A stretch of 64,000 bases of DNA from an uncultured Chloroflexia bacterium (GCA_963765245.1 CAVXVP010000001.1:577025-641024), one strand, 5' to 3'. Positions 18,102 to 28,512 are shown, counted from the first letter of the stretch. Made by a program: numbers and translations. Notes: generated by a model not told the origin, from the sequence alone.

Positions 18102-19591
18102 ATGCGCGTCGCGATGCTGGCGTCCGAATGTGAACCGTGGGCCAAGACGGGCGGCCTGGCCGACGTCGTCGACGCACTGGCGCGGGCGCTCCGCGACCTC
18201 GACAGCTCGGAGCTGGAGACGCCGGTCGACGTCTTCCTGCCGCGCTACCGGGGCATGCCCGAGCCGGCGCGTATCGAGCGGACGCTGGCATTGCGCGTCC
18301 CGGATCCGCGCGCGCCGTCCGGGATCAGCACGGTGACCGTGCTCGATGTGCCCGCCGATGGCTACCGATTGCGACTGGTCGACCATCCGGCTGCCTTCGA
18401 TCGCGATGGCTTCTACGGCGACGCGGCCGGCGACTACCCGGACAACGCGTGGCGGTTCGGGCTGTTCTGCCGCGCTGCTCTCGAGGCGCTCCGGGCAGAT
18501 GAGCGGCCGGTCGACGTGCTCCATCTCCACGACTGGCACACCGCGCCGGCGGCGATCTACCGCGACGTCCGCTACGCGACCGACCCGGTCGTCGGCGGCG
18601 CGGCGATCCTGGTCACTCTCCACAACCTCGCGTATCACGGGTGGACGCCGAAGGAGGCGCTGGGCCAGCTCGGCCTGGCGCTGGGGGACGGCGTGGTCCC
18701 GTCCGACGCCGACGGCATCGACCTGCTGCTGAGCGGCATCGAAAGGGCGGAGCTCGTCAACACCGTCTCGCCCGGGTTCGCCGGAGAAGCCCTGACGCCC
18801 GAGTTCGGGATGGGCCTCGACGGGGCTTGCGCGCGAAGGGCGACCGCTTCTTCGGGATCCTGAACGGGCTCGACACGAAGGTGTGGGATCCGGCGACCGA
18901 CGCCGACCAGGCAGCGCCGTACACGCGTGGGGATCGGAGCGGCAAGGCGACATGTCGTGCTGACCTGCTGACGCGGATCGGGTTCGATCCGGACGATGAC
19001 GGGCCAGTCATCGGCATGATCGGGCGCCTCGACCCGCAGAAGGGTTTCGACCTGCTCGCGGATGCCGCGCCGACGTTGCTCGAGCGCGGCGCACGGCTCG
19101 TCGTGCAGGGCAGCGGCCACCCGGAGCTCGCCGACCCGTTCCGGGCGATCGCGCTGGCCAACCCGGACCGCGTGGCGTTCATCGAGCGGTTCGACCGGGT
19201 GATGGCCCGCAAGATCTACGCGGGAGCCGACTTCTTCGCGATGCCCTCTCGCTTCGAGCCGTGCGGCCAGGGCCAGATGATCGCCTTGCGCTACGGCACG
19301 CCGCCGATCGTGCATCGCGTGGGCGGACTGGCCGACACGGTCATCGACGAGACCGCGCACCCAGGCGAAGGGACCGGCTTCAGCTTCACCGGGGCGACGG
19401 TCGAGGGACTGCTCGCGGCGTGTGATGCGGCGATCGGGCTGCGCGCCGAGGGCGGGCCGGCCTGGGAGGGCCTGCTCGATCGCGGGATGGCGGTCGATTT
19501 CGACTGGGTCTCGGGCGCGGCGCCTCGCTATCTCGACGCGTATCGTCGGGCGGTGGAGATCCGTGGCCGGGGTAGGCGCCTCGACCCGTAA
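18102..19591 (+). CDS. glgA: Glycogen synthase (GT5), 1-nt deletion near 18825
   Basis: Within ORF 16185..18863: MRVAMLASECEPWAKTGGLADVVDALARAL...HLHDWHTA...NTVSPGFA. The protein continues in ORF 18641..19591 (GDRFFGILNGLDTKVWDP...GMIGRLDPQKG...MPSRFEPCGQGQMIALRYGTPPIV). ATG 18087 and 18096 are alternative starts. Confidence 0.92.
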
Positions 19592-19760
19592 CGTCGTCGC
19601 TCAAGGTCACAGGTCCCGAGTCGCCTACGACCATCAGGGGAGTGACCGGATCCCGGTCCTCAGGTACCCTCGGGCGACCCATTCCATCACGCCGCCATCG
19701 GGTGGTGGAGCACGAACGCGTCGCCAGCCGTGCTCGCGACGTCGGGGAGAGAGGTTGATC

Positions 19761-20356
19761 GTGAGAGTGGTTCGATTCGGCGCCCAGCGGGCGTCACTCC
19801 GCCAGCGTCTGACGGCCGTGCTCGCCGGGACGGTCTTCGCGACGGTGTTCGGCTTTGCAGTGGGAGCTGCCAACCCGGCTCCGGCAGCCGCGTACACGCC
19901 GCCTTTCTACACCGTCGAGACGTACTACCTGAAGCTCGTGAACTGCACCCGGACCGGCGGCTGGGTCCTCAGTGACGGGACGTGCAAGGGCTACGGCTCC
20001 GGGCAGTACTCCGCGTATGTCCCGCCGCTCATGCTGTCGTCGGGACTGTCGAAGGTGGCGCGCGTCTGGGCCAAGAAGCTCCTGCTCGCCGATGCGTGCA
20101 AGCATGGCGATCCGGGCGCACGCCTCCGAGCGGCCGGCTACACGAGCGGGAACTGGGGCGAGAACATCGGGTGCCGAACGGGTCCTCGACAGCCCACTAC
20201 GCGGTGCTGCAGAGCCACCTCAGGTACCAGGCCGAGAAGTCGACCGGCGGCGGGCACTGGAAGAACATCAAGAACGCGCGCTTCAAGTACATCGGCATCG
20301 GTGTATGGAAGGGCTACAGCCGGGTGCGCCTGGTCACCGACTTCTACAGCTGGTAG
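19761..20356 (+). CDS. Secreted CAP/SCP/PR-1-like domain protein, frameshift near 20180
   Basis: GTG 19761 follows GGGGAGAGAGG. The N-terminus is VRVVRFGAQRASLRQRLTAVLAGTVFATVFGFAVGAANPAPAAA (signal). The sequence then reads ...WAKKLLLADACKHGD...NWGENIG (ORF 19422..20420) and continues STAHYAVLQSHLRYQAEKSTGGGHWKNIKNARFKYIGIGVW (ORF 19982..20356). Confidence 0.75.
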
Positions 20357-20452
20357 TCCCGCACATCGGTCGGGGTCAACCACAGCCCTCCCGTCGCACG
20401 AGGCGGCCGTCCCCCGCTAGGATGGGCACCCACGCCGCGAGAGGGGCAGCGC

Positions 20453-20842
20453 ATGGCCAAGCAATTCGTGGTCGAATTGAAGAACGAGCCGGGTGCGATG
20501 GCGACGCTCGCCGAGTCGCTGGCCGCGCGCGGCGTCGATCTCCGCGCCATCGGTGGCGGGAGCATCGGTGACAGCGGCCACGTGATCATGACGACGGCCG
20601 ACGACGACACGGCCAAGGCCGTCCTCGATGAGAAGGGCTACAACTACATCGAGGGCGAGTCGATCCTTGCCGAGGTCGACGACCGACCGGGCGGGATGGC
20701 CCGCCTGGCACGCGCCCTGGCGGACGCCAACGTCAACATCTACGGCCACCTGTTCCTCGGTCGCTGGGGCGACCGGGCCACGTTCGCGTTCGTCGTCGAC
20801 GACCCGGAGGCCGCCCGCCCGATCCTCGAGCGCAAGGACTAG
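20453..20842 (+). CDS. ACT-domain protein (two ACT-like halves)
   Basis: Intact ORF 20453..20842. It contains ELKNEPGAMATLAESLAARGVDL and EVDDRPGGMARLARALADANVNIYG, which are repeated ACT-like beta-alpha-beta units. Confidence 0.75.
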   Translation: MAKQFVVELKNEPGAMATLAESLAARGVDLRAIGGGSIGDSGHVIMTTADDDTAKAVLDEKGYNYIEGESILAEVDDRPGGMARLARALADANVNIYGHLFLGRWGDRATFAFVVDDPEAARPILERKD

Positions 20843-20864
20843 CCGGCAGAGATCGCTCGGCGTC

Positions 20865-21282
20865 GTGGAACTCTCGACGGTCGCCGCCATCGTCCTTGCC
20901 CTGGTCGCTCTGTGGGCCGCGCTCCTTGTCGTCTTCTGGGTCCTTCGACCCAAGGACGTCTCGGTTCGTGAGCTCCTCGGCCTGATCCCGGACATCCTGC
21001 GCCTGCTTCGTTCGCTCATCGGCGATCGCAGCGCGCCGCTCGACGTTCGGCTGGTGCTGGTCGGGACTGCTGGCCTGGATCGTCTCGCCGATCGACCTCA
21101 TCCCGGAATTCATCCCCGTCCTCGGACCGATGGACGACGTCGTCGTCGCGATCGTGGCGATGCGCTACGTCCGCCGCCGCGTCGGGGTCGAGGACCTCCG
21201 ACAGCGCTGGGTGGGCTCGGAGGCCGGCTTCGCGATGCTCCTCCGGGTGATCGGTTCGGACCGTATCCCCGGCGGCACCTGA
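20865..21282 (+). CDS. DUF1232 (YkvA-like) membrane protein, frameshift near 21065
   Basis: GTG 20865 is in the frame of ORF 20628..21410 (VELSTVAAIVLALVALWAALLVVFWVLRP...DRSAPLDVRLVLVG). The next frame gives LLAWIVSPIDLIPEFIPVLGPMDDVVVAIVAMRYVRRRVG, the DUF1232 signature, ending at TGA 21280-21282. Confidence 0.75.
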
Positions 21283-21458
21283 TCGCGGCGGCCCATTCCG
21301 TGCCGATTCGGCCCACATCGGCTATGCTCGGCACCTTCGTGCTCGAAGGGCGCTCCGGTCAGCGCCCCGGTCTCACACCGTTTCGACCCCGATCCACACC
21401 TACGCCCTGACCGGGCCCCGCAAGAAGCGGGAGGGCCTCGTCAGGAGTCTTTCTCCCT

Positions 21459-23087
21459 ATGTCCTTCGATACCCTTGGGCTGTCGCCCGAGCTTGTTCGC
21501 GTCGTCGCCCAGCAGGGCTACACCGAACCCACCCCCGTCCAGACCAAGGCGATCCCGCTCGTCCTCGAAGGTCGCGACGTCCTCGCCGGCGCCCAGACCG
21601 GGACCGGCAAGACGGCCGCCTTCGTGCTGCCGATGCTCCAGCGCCTGCACGCGTCGCGACCGACCAGCGGTCCGCGCGTCATCCGCGCCCTGATCCTCAC
21701 CCCGACCCGCGAGCTCGCGCTCCAGGTCGAGGAGAGCGTCCGGACCTACGGCGCCCAGAACCCGATCAAGTCCACGACCATCTACGGCGGCGTCGGCTTC
21801 GACCCGCAGGTCCGCGCGTTGCGCGCCGGTCCCGAGATCGTCGTCGCGACGCCGGGCCGCCTGCTCGACCACCTCGGCCAGCGCACCATCGACCTGTCGC
21901 GGGTCGAGATCCTCGTCCTCGACGAGGCCGACCGGATGCTCGACATGGGCTTCATCCGCGACATCCGCAAGGTCCTCGCGGTCCTGCCGCCGCGCCGCCA
22001 GAACCTGCTCTTCTCGGCGACCTTCTCCGACGAGATCCGACGCCTCGCCGACGGACTGCTCGACAACCCGGCCTCGGTCCAGGTCACGCCGCGCAACACC
22101 CCCACCGAGCTCGTGACCCAGGTCGTCCACATGGTCGACCGCGAGCGGAAGCGCGAGCTCCTCAGCCACCTCATCAAGACCGGCCGGATCGACCAGGCCC
22201 TCGTCTTCACGCGGACCAAGCACGGTGCCAACCGGCTCGCGCAGCAGCTCGAGCGCGACGGCATCCTGGCCACCGCGATCCACGGCAACAAGAGCCAGCC
22301 GCAGCGCGTTCGCGCGTTGGCCGACTTCAAGTCGGGCCGGTTCGCCGTCCTGGTCGCCACCGAGGTCGCGGCGCGCGGTCTCGACATCGAGGCGCTCCCG
22401 CACGTCGTCAACTTCGAGCTGCCGATGGTCCCCGAGGACTACGTCCACCGCATCGGCCGGACGGGTCGCGCCGGCGTCGATGGTGACGCCGTCTCGCTGG
22501 TCTGCGTCGATGAGCTGAAGCTGCTCAACGACATCGAGCGCGTCCTCGGACGCGGGATCCCGCGCGAGACGATCCCGGGCTTCGAGCCCGATCCGCGCAT
22601 CCGCCCGGAACCGATCCTGCGTGGCGGGCTGGGCGGATCCCGACCGTCGCGATCGATGTCCGGAGCCGGAGCGCCACGTCACAACGGCGCGCCTCGACCC
22701 GGCGGCGGCCCCAGGCCGGGCGGCGGCCACCGTTCGGTGGGTTCCCCTCGTCCCGCGGGCGTGCCAGTCGACGCCGGTGCTCCGCGCCACGCGGCCGGGC
22801 CGCGACCCGGTGGCCCTCGGCCGGCCGGATCCCGACCCGGTGGCTCACGACCCGGGAACCGTGGCGCCGGGTTCGCCGGTCCTCGTCGACCGGGGCAGGG
22901 GATCGGCAATGGCGGCGGTCCGCGCCCGGCCTCCGGCGGCCAGCGATCCGGGCCTCGGACCGGCGGCGACGGCCCGTCGCGATCCGACGGGCGCGGTGGC
23001 GGCTACGGCCAGCCCCGGCCGTCGAACCAGGGCACGGTCATGCCGGGTGAGCGACTCGCACGCCAAGGTGGCGCGCAGCGCGGCTGA
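21459..23087 (+). CDS. rhlE: DEAD-box ATP-dependent RNA helicase (RhlE-like) with a roughly 170-aa Arg/Gly/Pro-rich C-terminal tail
   Basis: Intact ORF with the Q-motif GYTEPTPVQ, plus [21 protein letters not shown] and [10 protein letters not shown]. An AGGAG RBS lies upstream. Confidence 0.93.
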   Translation: MSFDTLGLSPELVRVVAQQGYTEPTPVQTKAIPLVLEGRDVLAGAQTGTGKTAAFVLPMLQRLHASRPTSGPRVIRALILTPTRELALQVEESVRTYGAQNPIKSTTIYGGVGFDPQVRALRAGPEIVVATPGRLLDHLGQRTIDLSRVEILVLDEADRMLDMGFIRDIRKVLAVLPPRRQNLLFSATFSDEIRRLADGLLDNPASVQVTPRNTPTELVTQVVHMVDRERKRELLSHLIKTGRIDQALVFTRTKHGANRLAQQLERDGILATAIHGNKSQPQRVRALADFKSGRFAVLVATEVAARGLDIEALPHVVNFELPMVPEDYVHRIGRTGRAGVDGDAVSLVCVDELKLLNDIERVLGRGIPRETIPGFEPDPRIRPEPILRGGLGGSRPSRSMSGAGAPRHNGAPRPGGGPRPGGGHRSVGSPRPAGVPVDAGAPRHAAGPRPGGPRPAGSRPGGSRPGNRGAGFAGPRRPGQGIGNGGGPRPASGGQRSGPRTGGDGPSRSDGRGGGYGQPRPSNQGTVMPGERLARQGGAQRG

Positions 23088-23108
23088 TCTCGCGACTCAT
23101 CGATAGCA

Positions 23109-23141
23109 AAAGGCCCTCGGCGCGTCATGCCGAGGGCCTTT
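23109..23141. terminator. Bidirectional intrinsic-terminator-like hairpin between convergent genes
   Basis: A 13-bp perfect stem aaaggccctcggc / gccgagggccttt has a 7-nt loop. It lies 22 nt after the helicase stop and 58 nt after the stop of the minus-strand gene ending at 23199. Short A/T runs flank both sides. Confidence 0.75.
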
Positions 23142-23198
23142 CGCGTACCTGGGGGATCGCGATGCCGAGCGAACGGCGACATCGCGATCGGGGGAGAA

Positions 23199-23926
23199 CT
23201 AGTTCTGGCCGTGCTTCCCGTGCTTTCCGTGGCTCTTGGCCGCGTGGGCGGCCAACCTGGCCTCGCGCGCGGCGAGCTTGGCAGCATCCTTTTCGGCCTT
23301 GGCGGCCTTGTTGGCGTCACTCACCGCACCACCGTGGTTGCAGTTCTTGCCGCCGATGACGTCCGACTGAGCGAGCTCGACGTGCGTCATCACGGGCAGG
23401 ACGACCGGCGTCCCAGCGGCAAGCGCGGCCTCGCACGCAGCGCGAGCGGCATCGTCGGCGGCGGTGGCCTCATCGGCTGCCGGGGCGTCCTCGGAGCAGT
23501 CGGCCGCGACGGGCGCAGTATCAGTCGACCTGCGGACTCGTCCTTCGTCTCTTCGGTCGTCGCCTCGGGGGCGTCGGCCTCATCGCAGTCGTCGGCAGTG
23601 CTCCGAGCGATGGTGCTGACGTACCCGCCGTGATTGCAGTTGGTTCCGCCGACCCAGTCGCTGTGGGCGGCCTCGGTCGTCGAGATCACGCCATCGGCAT
23701 TGGCATCGACGCCGGCCACTGTGGTGGTCACCCCATCGGGGTTGGCGACGACCGCGGTCTCGCAGTCGTCATCGATGCCGTTGCCGTTGAGGTCCTCGAA
23801 GGTCGCGAGTGTCGCCGGTGCCGTGTCGTCGACGACCGTTGCTGCAGCCGCGAGACCAGTCATCGCCAGGACAAGGAGCACGGCTCCAGCCCCGGCCAGC
23901 CACTTTGAACGCACGTGGTTCACCAT
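23199..23926 (-). CDS. Secreted protein with two Ca-binding-like DxNxNG/DxDxDG loops, two SD-x-x-GG-x-NCNHGG-x-VS repeats and a His/Lys-rich C-terminus; frameshift near 23530
   Basis: ORF 23390..23926 reads MVNHVRSKWLAGAGAVLLVLAMTGLAAAA (signal)...EDLNGNGIDDDCE...DANADGVIS...AHSDWVGGTNCNHGGYVS. My translation of the +2 frame links it to ORF 23199..23393 (...LAQSDVIGGKNCNHGGAVSDANKAAKAEKDAAKLAAREARLAAHAAKSHGKHGKHGQN). Confidence 0.7.
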
Positions 23927-24257
23927 CGATGAACTCTCTCCCTCGCCCCGGACTCAGAGGTGCTTGCCCCGACAGACGCCGAGGACGGGATGATTCCCTG
24001 GCCCGAGTATCCGAGGGTCCCGGCGCCGTGCCGAGCCGTACCTTCGTCCCGGGTCTGCGATGCCTGGCAGCGATCGCGGTCCGGAACGGTGCACAGGAGC
24101 ACGGACGTGTGCGGTGCGAGCCGTCAACGCAAGATCGCGGCGGTGCGACTCCGCAACGTGTCGGAGGCGGTCGTCTGTTGACTCGAAATCGGCACGTCCA
24201 GTCGCACCATACTGATCCCGTCGAAACCGAGACAGAAGGCATCGATCGAGGCCAGTC

Positions 24258-25818
24258 GTGGAGCCCCTGACCGCAGTCCTGCTGATCCTTGTCGCGATCG
24301 CGATCGTCTACGAGATCGCCCGCCGGATCGGCGTTCCCTATCCGACTCTGCTCGTCCTCGGAGGCCTCGGGCTGGCCTTCATCCCGGGCCTGCCCCGCAT
24401 CGAACTCGAGCCCGACCTGGTCCTGCTGGTGTTTCTGCCTCCGCTCCTGTTCACGGCCGCGGCCGAATCGCCTATCCGGGATCTGCGGGCGAACGTCGTC
24501 CCTCTGGTCCGGCTCTCGATCGGCCTGGTGCTGTTCACGATGGTCCTGGTCGCCGTCGTGGCACACGCGCTGGTGCCCGGCCTGAGCTGGGCGGCGGCAT
24601 TCACGCTCGGAGCGATCGTCGGCCCCACCGACGCCCTGGCCGCCACGGCCGTGTTCCGCAGGCTCGGGACGCCGCGGATCATCCGGACCTTGATCGAGGG
24701 CGAGGCGCTGTTCAACGATGCGACCGCGTTGGTCGCCTATCGGGCCGCGGCAATCGCGGCGCTCAGCGGCACATTCATCCTCTCGGAGTCGCTGGTCGGG
24801 TTCGTGGTCGCGGCGGCCGGCGGGATCGTCATCGGCGCCGTCGTCGGTCGTGTCTCGGGCGAGATCCTGCGTCGCCTCGACGACCCACCGGTCGAGGTCC
24901 TGATCTCCGTGGTCATCCCGTTCGCGGCGTATCTCCCGGCCGATCGGCTCGGCCTGTCGGGCGTCCTCGCGGCGGTCACCGCCGGCCTCGTCATCGGCGG
25001 CCGGCTCGGGACGATCCTGACGCCGAGCAGCCGGCTCCTCTGGCTGACGACGTGGAAGATGATCGGGTTCGTCCTCAATGGCTTCCTTTTCGTCCTCATC
25101 GGGCTGGAGCTGCCGTCGATCCTCGAAGGTCTCGGGGACCGGCCGCCGGCCGAGGTCGTCGGACTGGCGGCTCTCGTCAGCGTGGTCGTCGTCGTCGGGC
25201 GGATCGTGTGGGTGTTCGCTTCGAGCCTGCTGCCCGGATCGCCGCGTCGGCAGATCGCGCGACGCGATCCGGCCCTGGCCACCCGCCTGACCTTCGTCGT
25301 GAGCTGGGCCGGACTGCGCGGGGCGGTGTCACTGGCTGCTGCACTCGCTCTTCCAACGAATTTCCCGGAGCGCGATCTCATCCTGTTCGTGACGTTCATC
25401 GTCATCCTCGTCACGCTCGTCGGTCAGGGGCTCACCTTGCCGCGGGTCCTGCGCTGGGCCCGCTGGGACGGCATCGAACCCGAGGGTGACGAAGCGACGC
25501 TGGCTCGCACAGCCGCCTATCAGGCCGGCCTCGAGGAGATCCAGCGCGCCCGCGGGGAGTGGCCGGATCATCAGCCGCTGTTCGACCGGCTCGAGTCGGG
25601 ACTCCAGGATCGCACCCGCCATCTCGCGACCGAGGACGCCGACGAGACCGAGGAGCGCCGCCAGGAGCGGGTCGAGCACGAGGAGATCCAGCGCGGGGTC
25701 ATCGGCGCACAACGGACGGCCGTCATCGAGCTGCGCGATCGCGGGCGAGATCAACGACCTGACCCTGCGCCTGATCGAGCGCGAGCTCGACCTCGAGGAA
25801 CTGCGGATGGAGGGCTGA
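24258..25818 (+). CDS. Na+/H+ (cation:proton) antiporter, CPA1/NhaP type with a C-terminal cytoplasmic domain; frameshift near 25745
   Basis: ORF 24258..25823 (GTG start) has 10 or more TM segments, with GAIVGPTDALAATAVFRRLG and EGEALFNDATALV. The last 25 aa switch to the frame ending EINDLTLRLIERELDLEELRMEG (ORF 25486..25818). Confidence 0.9.
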
Positions 25819-25935
25819 CATAGCCGACCAGGCGCAGACAAAGACGTTGCTCGCAGACCGGTGACGGCATAGCCTAGCGGGAACGTTCGGCGTGACAGGT
25901 CGATCCCACCGAGCTGAACGTGGAGGGAGGATCTC

Positions 25936-26748
25936 ATGACAGCCCCAGCATCCTCGGGAGAGCCGGTTCTTGCCTGGCTGGCTCGCCGATCCGAGGCATC
26001 ACGCAAGAGCGAAGTGGAGTTCGACGACACCAGCCTCGAATTCCGCCGCCTGTTCAGCGAGGCCTGGGGCACGTTCCTGTTGGTGCTCGTCGCCGCGGGC
26101 GGTGGGGTCATCGGTGCCCTGCCCATCGGCGGCGACCTGACCCTCGCGATGAAGGCCCTGGCCCCGGGCATGATGGTCATGGGGATCATCTTCTTCATGG
26201 GCACGATCTCGGGCGCCCACCTGAACCCGGCGGTCACCCTCGCGTTCGCAGCCCGGGGCAATTTCCCATGGATCCGCGTCCCCGGCTACATCGTCGCCCA
26301 GATCATCGGTGGCATCCTGGCTGCTCTGTTCCTGCAGGCGGCGTATGGCGGGATCCTCAACGGCGCCACGGAGCCGGGAGCGGGTATCTCTGACGGCACC
26401 GCCGCACTGACGGAGGCGATCCTGACGCTCGGACTCGTGAGCGTGATCCTCGGGACGGCCGCAGGCGCCCGGAACGTGGGCTTCAATGGGGCCATCGCCG
26501 TTGGCGCGTACATCGGTCTCGTGTCCGTGTGGGGTGCGCCTGTCTCGGGCGCCTCGATGAACCCGGGTCGTTCGCTGGCTCCGATGCTCGTCGGCGGCAA
26601 CCTCGACCACTACTGGGTCTACCTCGTCGGCCCGATCGTCGGCGCGTTGGTCGCGGTCGCCTTCGAGTTCATCCTTCGGGGCAGAGCGACGAAGGGGGGC
26701 GCCGAGGCCGCACAGGGCATCCTCGACGAGGACCCGACCGGCATCTGA
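25936..26748 (+). CDS. MIP-family channel (aquaporin/NIP-like), first box NPA, second box NPG
   Basis: Intact ORF with SGAHLNPAVTLAF and SGASMNPGRSLAP. It has six hydrophobic segments. The RBS is GGAGGGAGG. Confidence 0.9.
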   Translation: MTAPASSGEPVLAWLARRSEASRKSEVEFDDTSLEFRRLFSEAWGTFLLVLVAAGGGVIGALPIGGDLTLAMKALAPGMMVMGIIFFMGTISGAHLNPAVTLAFAARGNFPWIRVPGYIVAQIIGGILAALFLQAAYGGILNGATEPGAGISDGTAALTEAILTLGLVSVILGTAAGARNVGFNGAIAVGAYIGLVSVWGAPVSGASMNPGRSLAPMLVGGNLDHYWVYLVGPIVGALVAVAFEFILRGRATKGGAEAAQGILDEDPTGI

Positions 26749-26869
26749 CAAATCGGGAGCCGGCCGCCTATCGAGGTGCTCGCCGCCCACCGTCAGCTGC
26801 CGCCCGTCATTAGGACTCTCGCGACCTCCGGCTAAGCGCCATCCACCGCGCCTCCGTCGGACTCGGCTC

Positions 26870-28242
26870 CTAGCCGGACCAGCCACCGGGGTGCGAGTCG
26901 GGATCAAAGAGGCGCACGCCGCCGCCGTCGCGTTTGACCTCCTGCATCGTCCTGTCGGCGATCCTCATCAGTGTCGCGTTGTCGGGCAGGTCGGGCCTTG
27001 GCACGACGATGACCAGTCCGATCGACGCGCCGACCTCGTGGATCCCGGCGGAGGCCACGACCGGCTGCCGGATCGCGCTCTCCAGCCGCTTCCCGAGCCG
27101 GATCGCACGACTCCGGGTCGAAGGAGCCCGCAAAGAACCCAACGAACTCGTCGCCCCCGCGGCGGGCCATCGCGTCGCCGGTCCGTGCCGTGCTCCGGAG
27201 GCGACGCCCGATCTCGGCGAGCACCTCGTCCCCGACAGCCTGCCCGAATCGCGGATCCTTGTTGATCGGACCGAACTGATCGAGGTCGATCGCGACGAGG
27301 ACGCCACCGCGCGCCAGCCCGAGACGAGTCCGACCGATCGCCCCGTCGAGGAAGCCCTCGAATCGGCGAAGGCGGGGCAGGTGCGTCAGTGCATCGGGTC
27401 CCTCGGTATCGACCGGCCACAGGATCAGGGTGACCAACGCCAGCGCCATCGGTGCCCACCATCCGACGGCGGTGTATGAGATGGTGAAGACCCACGCGAG
27501 GACGACCTCGCCGATCGTGAGCCGGCCGATCGACCCGATCACGATCTCGCCGAAGCTTCCGGCAGAGAGGCCTTCCCTGAGCATCACGGTCCCTGCGGTC
27601 GCCATGATCAGGATGGCGGCGAGGACGATGGTCCCGCCCGCCAGCGCGACGAGGCCGGCGACGCCGACGCTCACGGAGGTCGTCAGCAGGAACCCGTTCA
27701 GGATCTGCGAGGTGAGCCCGCCCACGACGGCGGCGAAGGCGAGGACCGAGTGGTTGGCCAGGGCGCCGTACCATGGCACCTCTTCGATCTCGCGACGTTC
27801 GATCGTGGAGATGAAGGCGACCCATGCACCCGCGGTCGGGCCGCCGAGGACCATCGCTGCGGCCACGAACGGGAAGTGGAACGTCCACACGGAATGGCCG
27901 CCCGGTGCGGGGAGGACGCGAAGGGATCCGATCATCCCGTACGCGATCCAGAGCAGCATCCCGCCCGACTGGTCCGCTCAGCGCCGTTCCGCTCAGGTTC
28001 GGGTCGATGGCCGGGCTGATCGGGATGCGCAGCGTCGTCCATGCCAGCGCGGTGAGGCCGGCGATGATCGAGACTGTCGTGTAGGCGAGGAGCCACGGGC
28101 GACGGCTGGCGATCGCCGCAGCGTCACCGCCACCGGAATCGTTCGGCGCGGATCGCGCGAGCGACTCGGGTTTCGATCGGGTCTTCCGTCGGCCGGGGAA
28201 TCCATTGCTGATCGCGATCGCTTGGACGTCCATCAGGGGCAC
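26870..28242 (-). CDS. Membrane-bound diguanylate cyclase (GGDEF domain), at least 2 frameshifts (near 27970 and 27130)
   Basis: The N-terminus is in ORF 26968..28242. The TM region and the start of the GGDEF domain are in ORF 26904..27959 (...VAIDLDQFGPINKDPRFGQAVGDEVLAEIGRRL...ARRGGDEFVGFF). The C-terminus is in ORF 26870..27307 (IRLGKRLESAIRQPVV...ASIGLVIV...LMRIADRTMQEVKRDGG). Confidence 0.85.
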
Positions 28243-28512
28243 TTCCTGGGGTACGACCTATTTTCGGATGGGGGACAGATCCGATGGTTCCGGGTTCAGC
28301 CGGCCGCAGGAATCGGGCCGAGATAGGGCACATCTCGAATCGCCGTCGTCCTGCTGTCCCTCCTAGCGATCCAATGAGTCCCGGTGGGACCTTCCGGCCC
28401 CTCTCACTGCACTGGAGGCATCCTCAGATAACCGAACCGACCCGCGCCCTGCATCAAACGTACTAAGCGACACGCAATTGGTACCAGGCCGGTCGCGATC
28501 AGCGGCCCGAAG

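Noticed and set aside
16185-18863. Very long ORFs antisense to recognised genes. Examples: 16185..18863 (+, 892 aa, apart from its last part, which is glgA), 14246..15814 (+), 41621..43306 (+), 42858..44453 (+), 7065..8408 (-), 21441..22790 (-), 36344..37924 (-), 37934..39265 (-), 32616..34091 (+), 49617..50618 (-), 60603..61601 (-) and 62749..63747 (+).
   Set aside because: In GC-rich DNA, stop codons are rare in the frames opposite a real gene. These translations are Arg/Gly/Asp/Val/Pro-skewed, show no family motifs, and lie exactly opposite genes with clear motifs.
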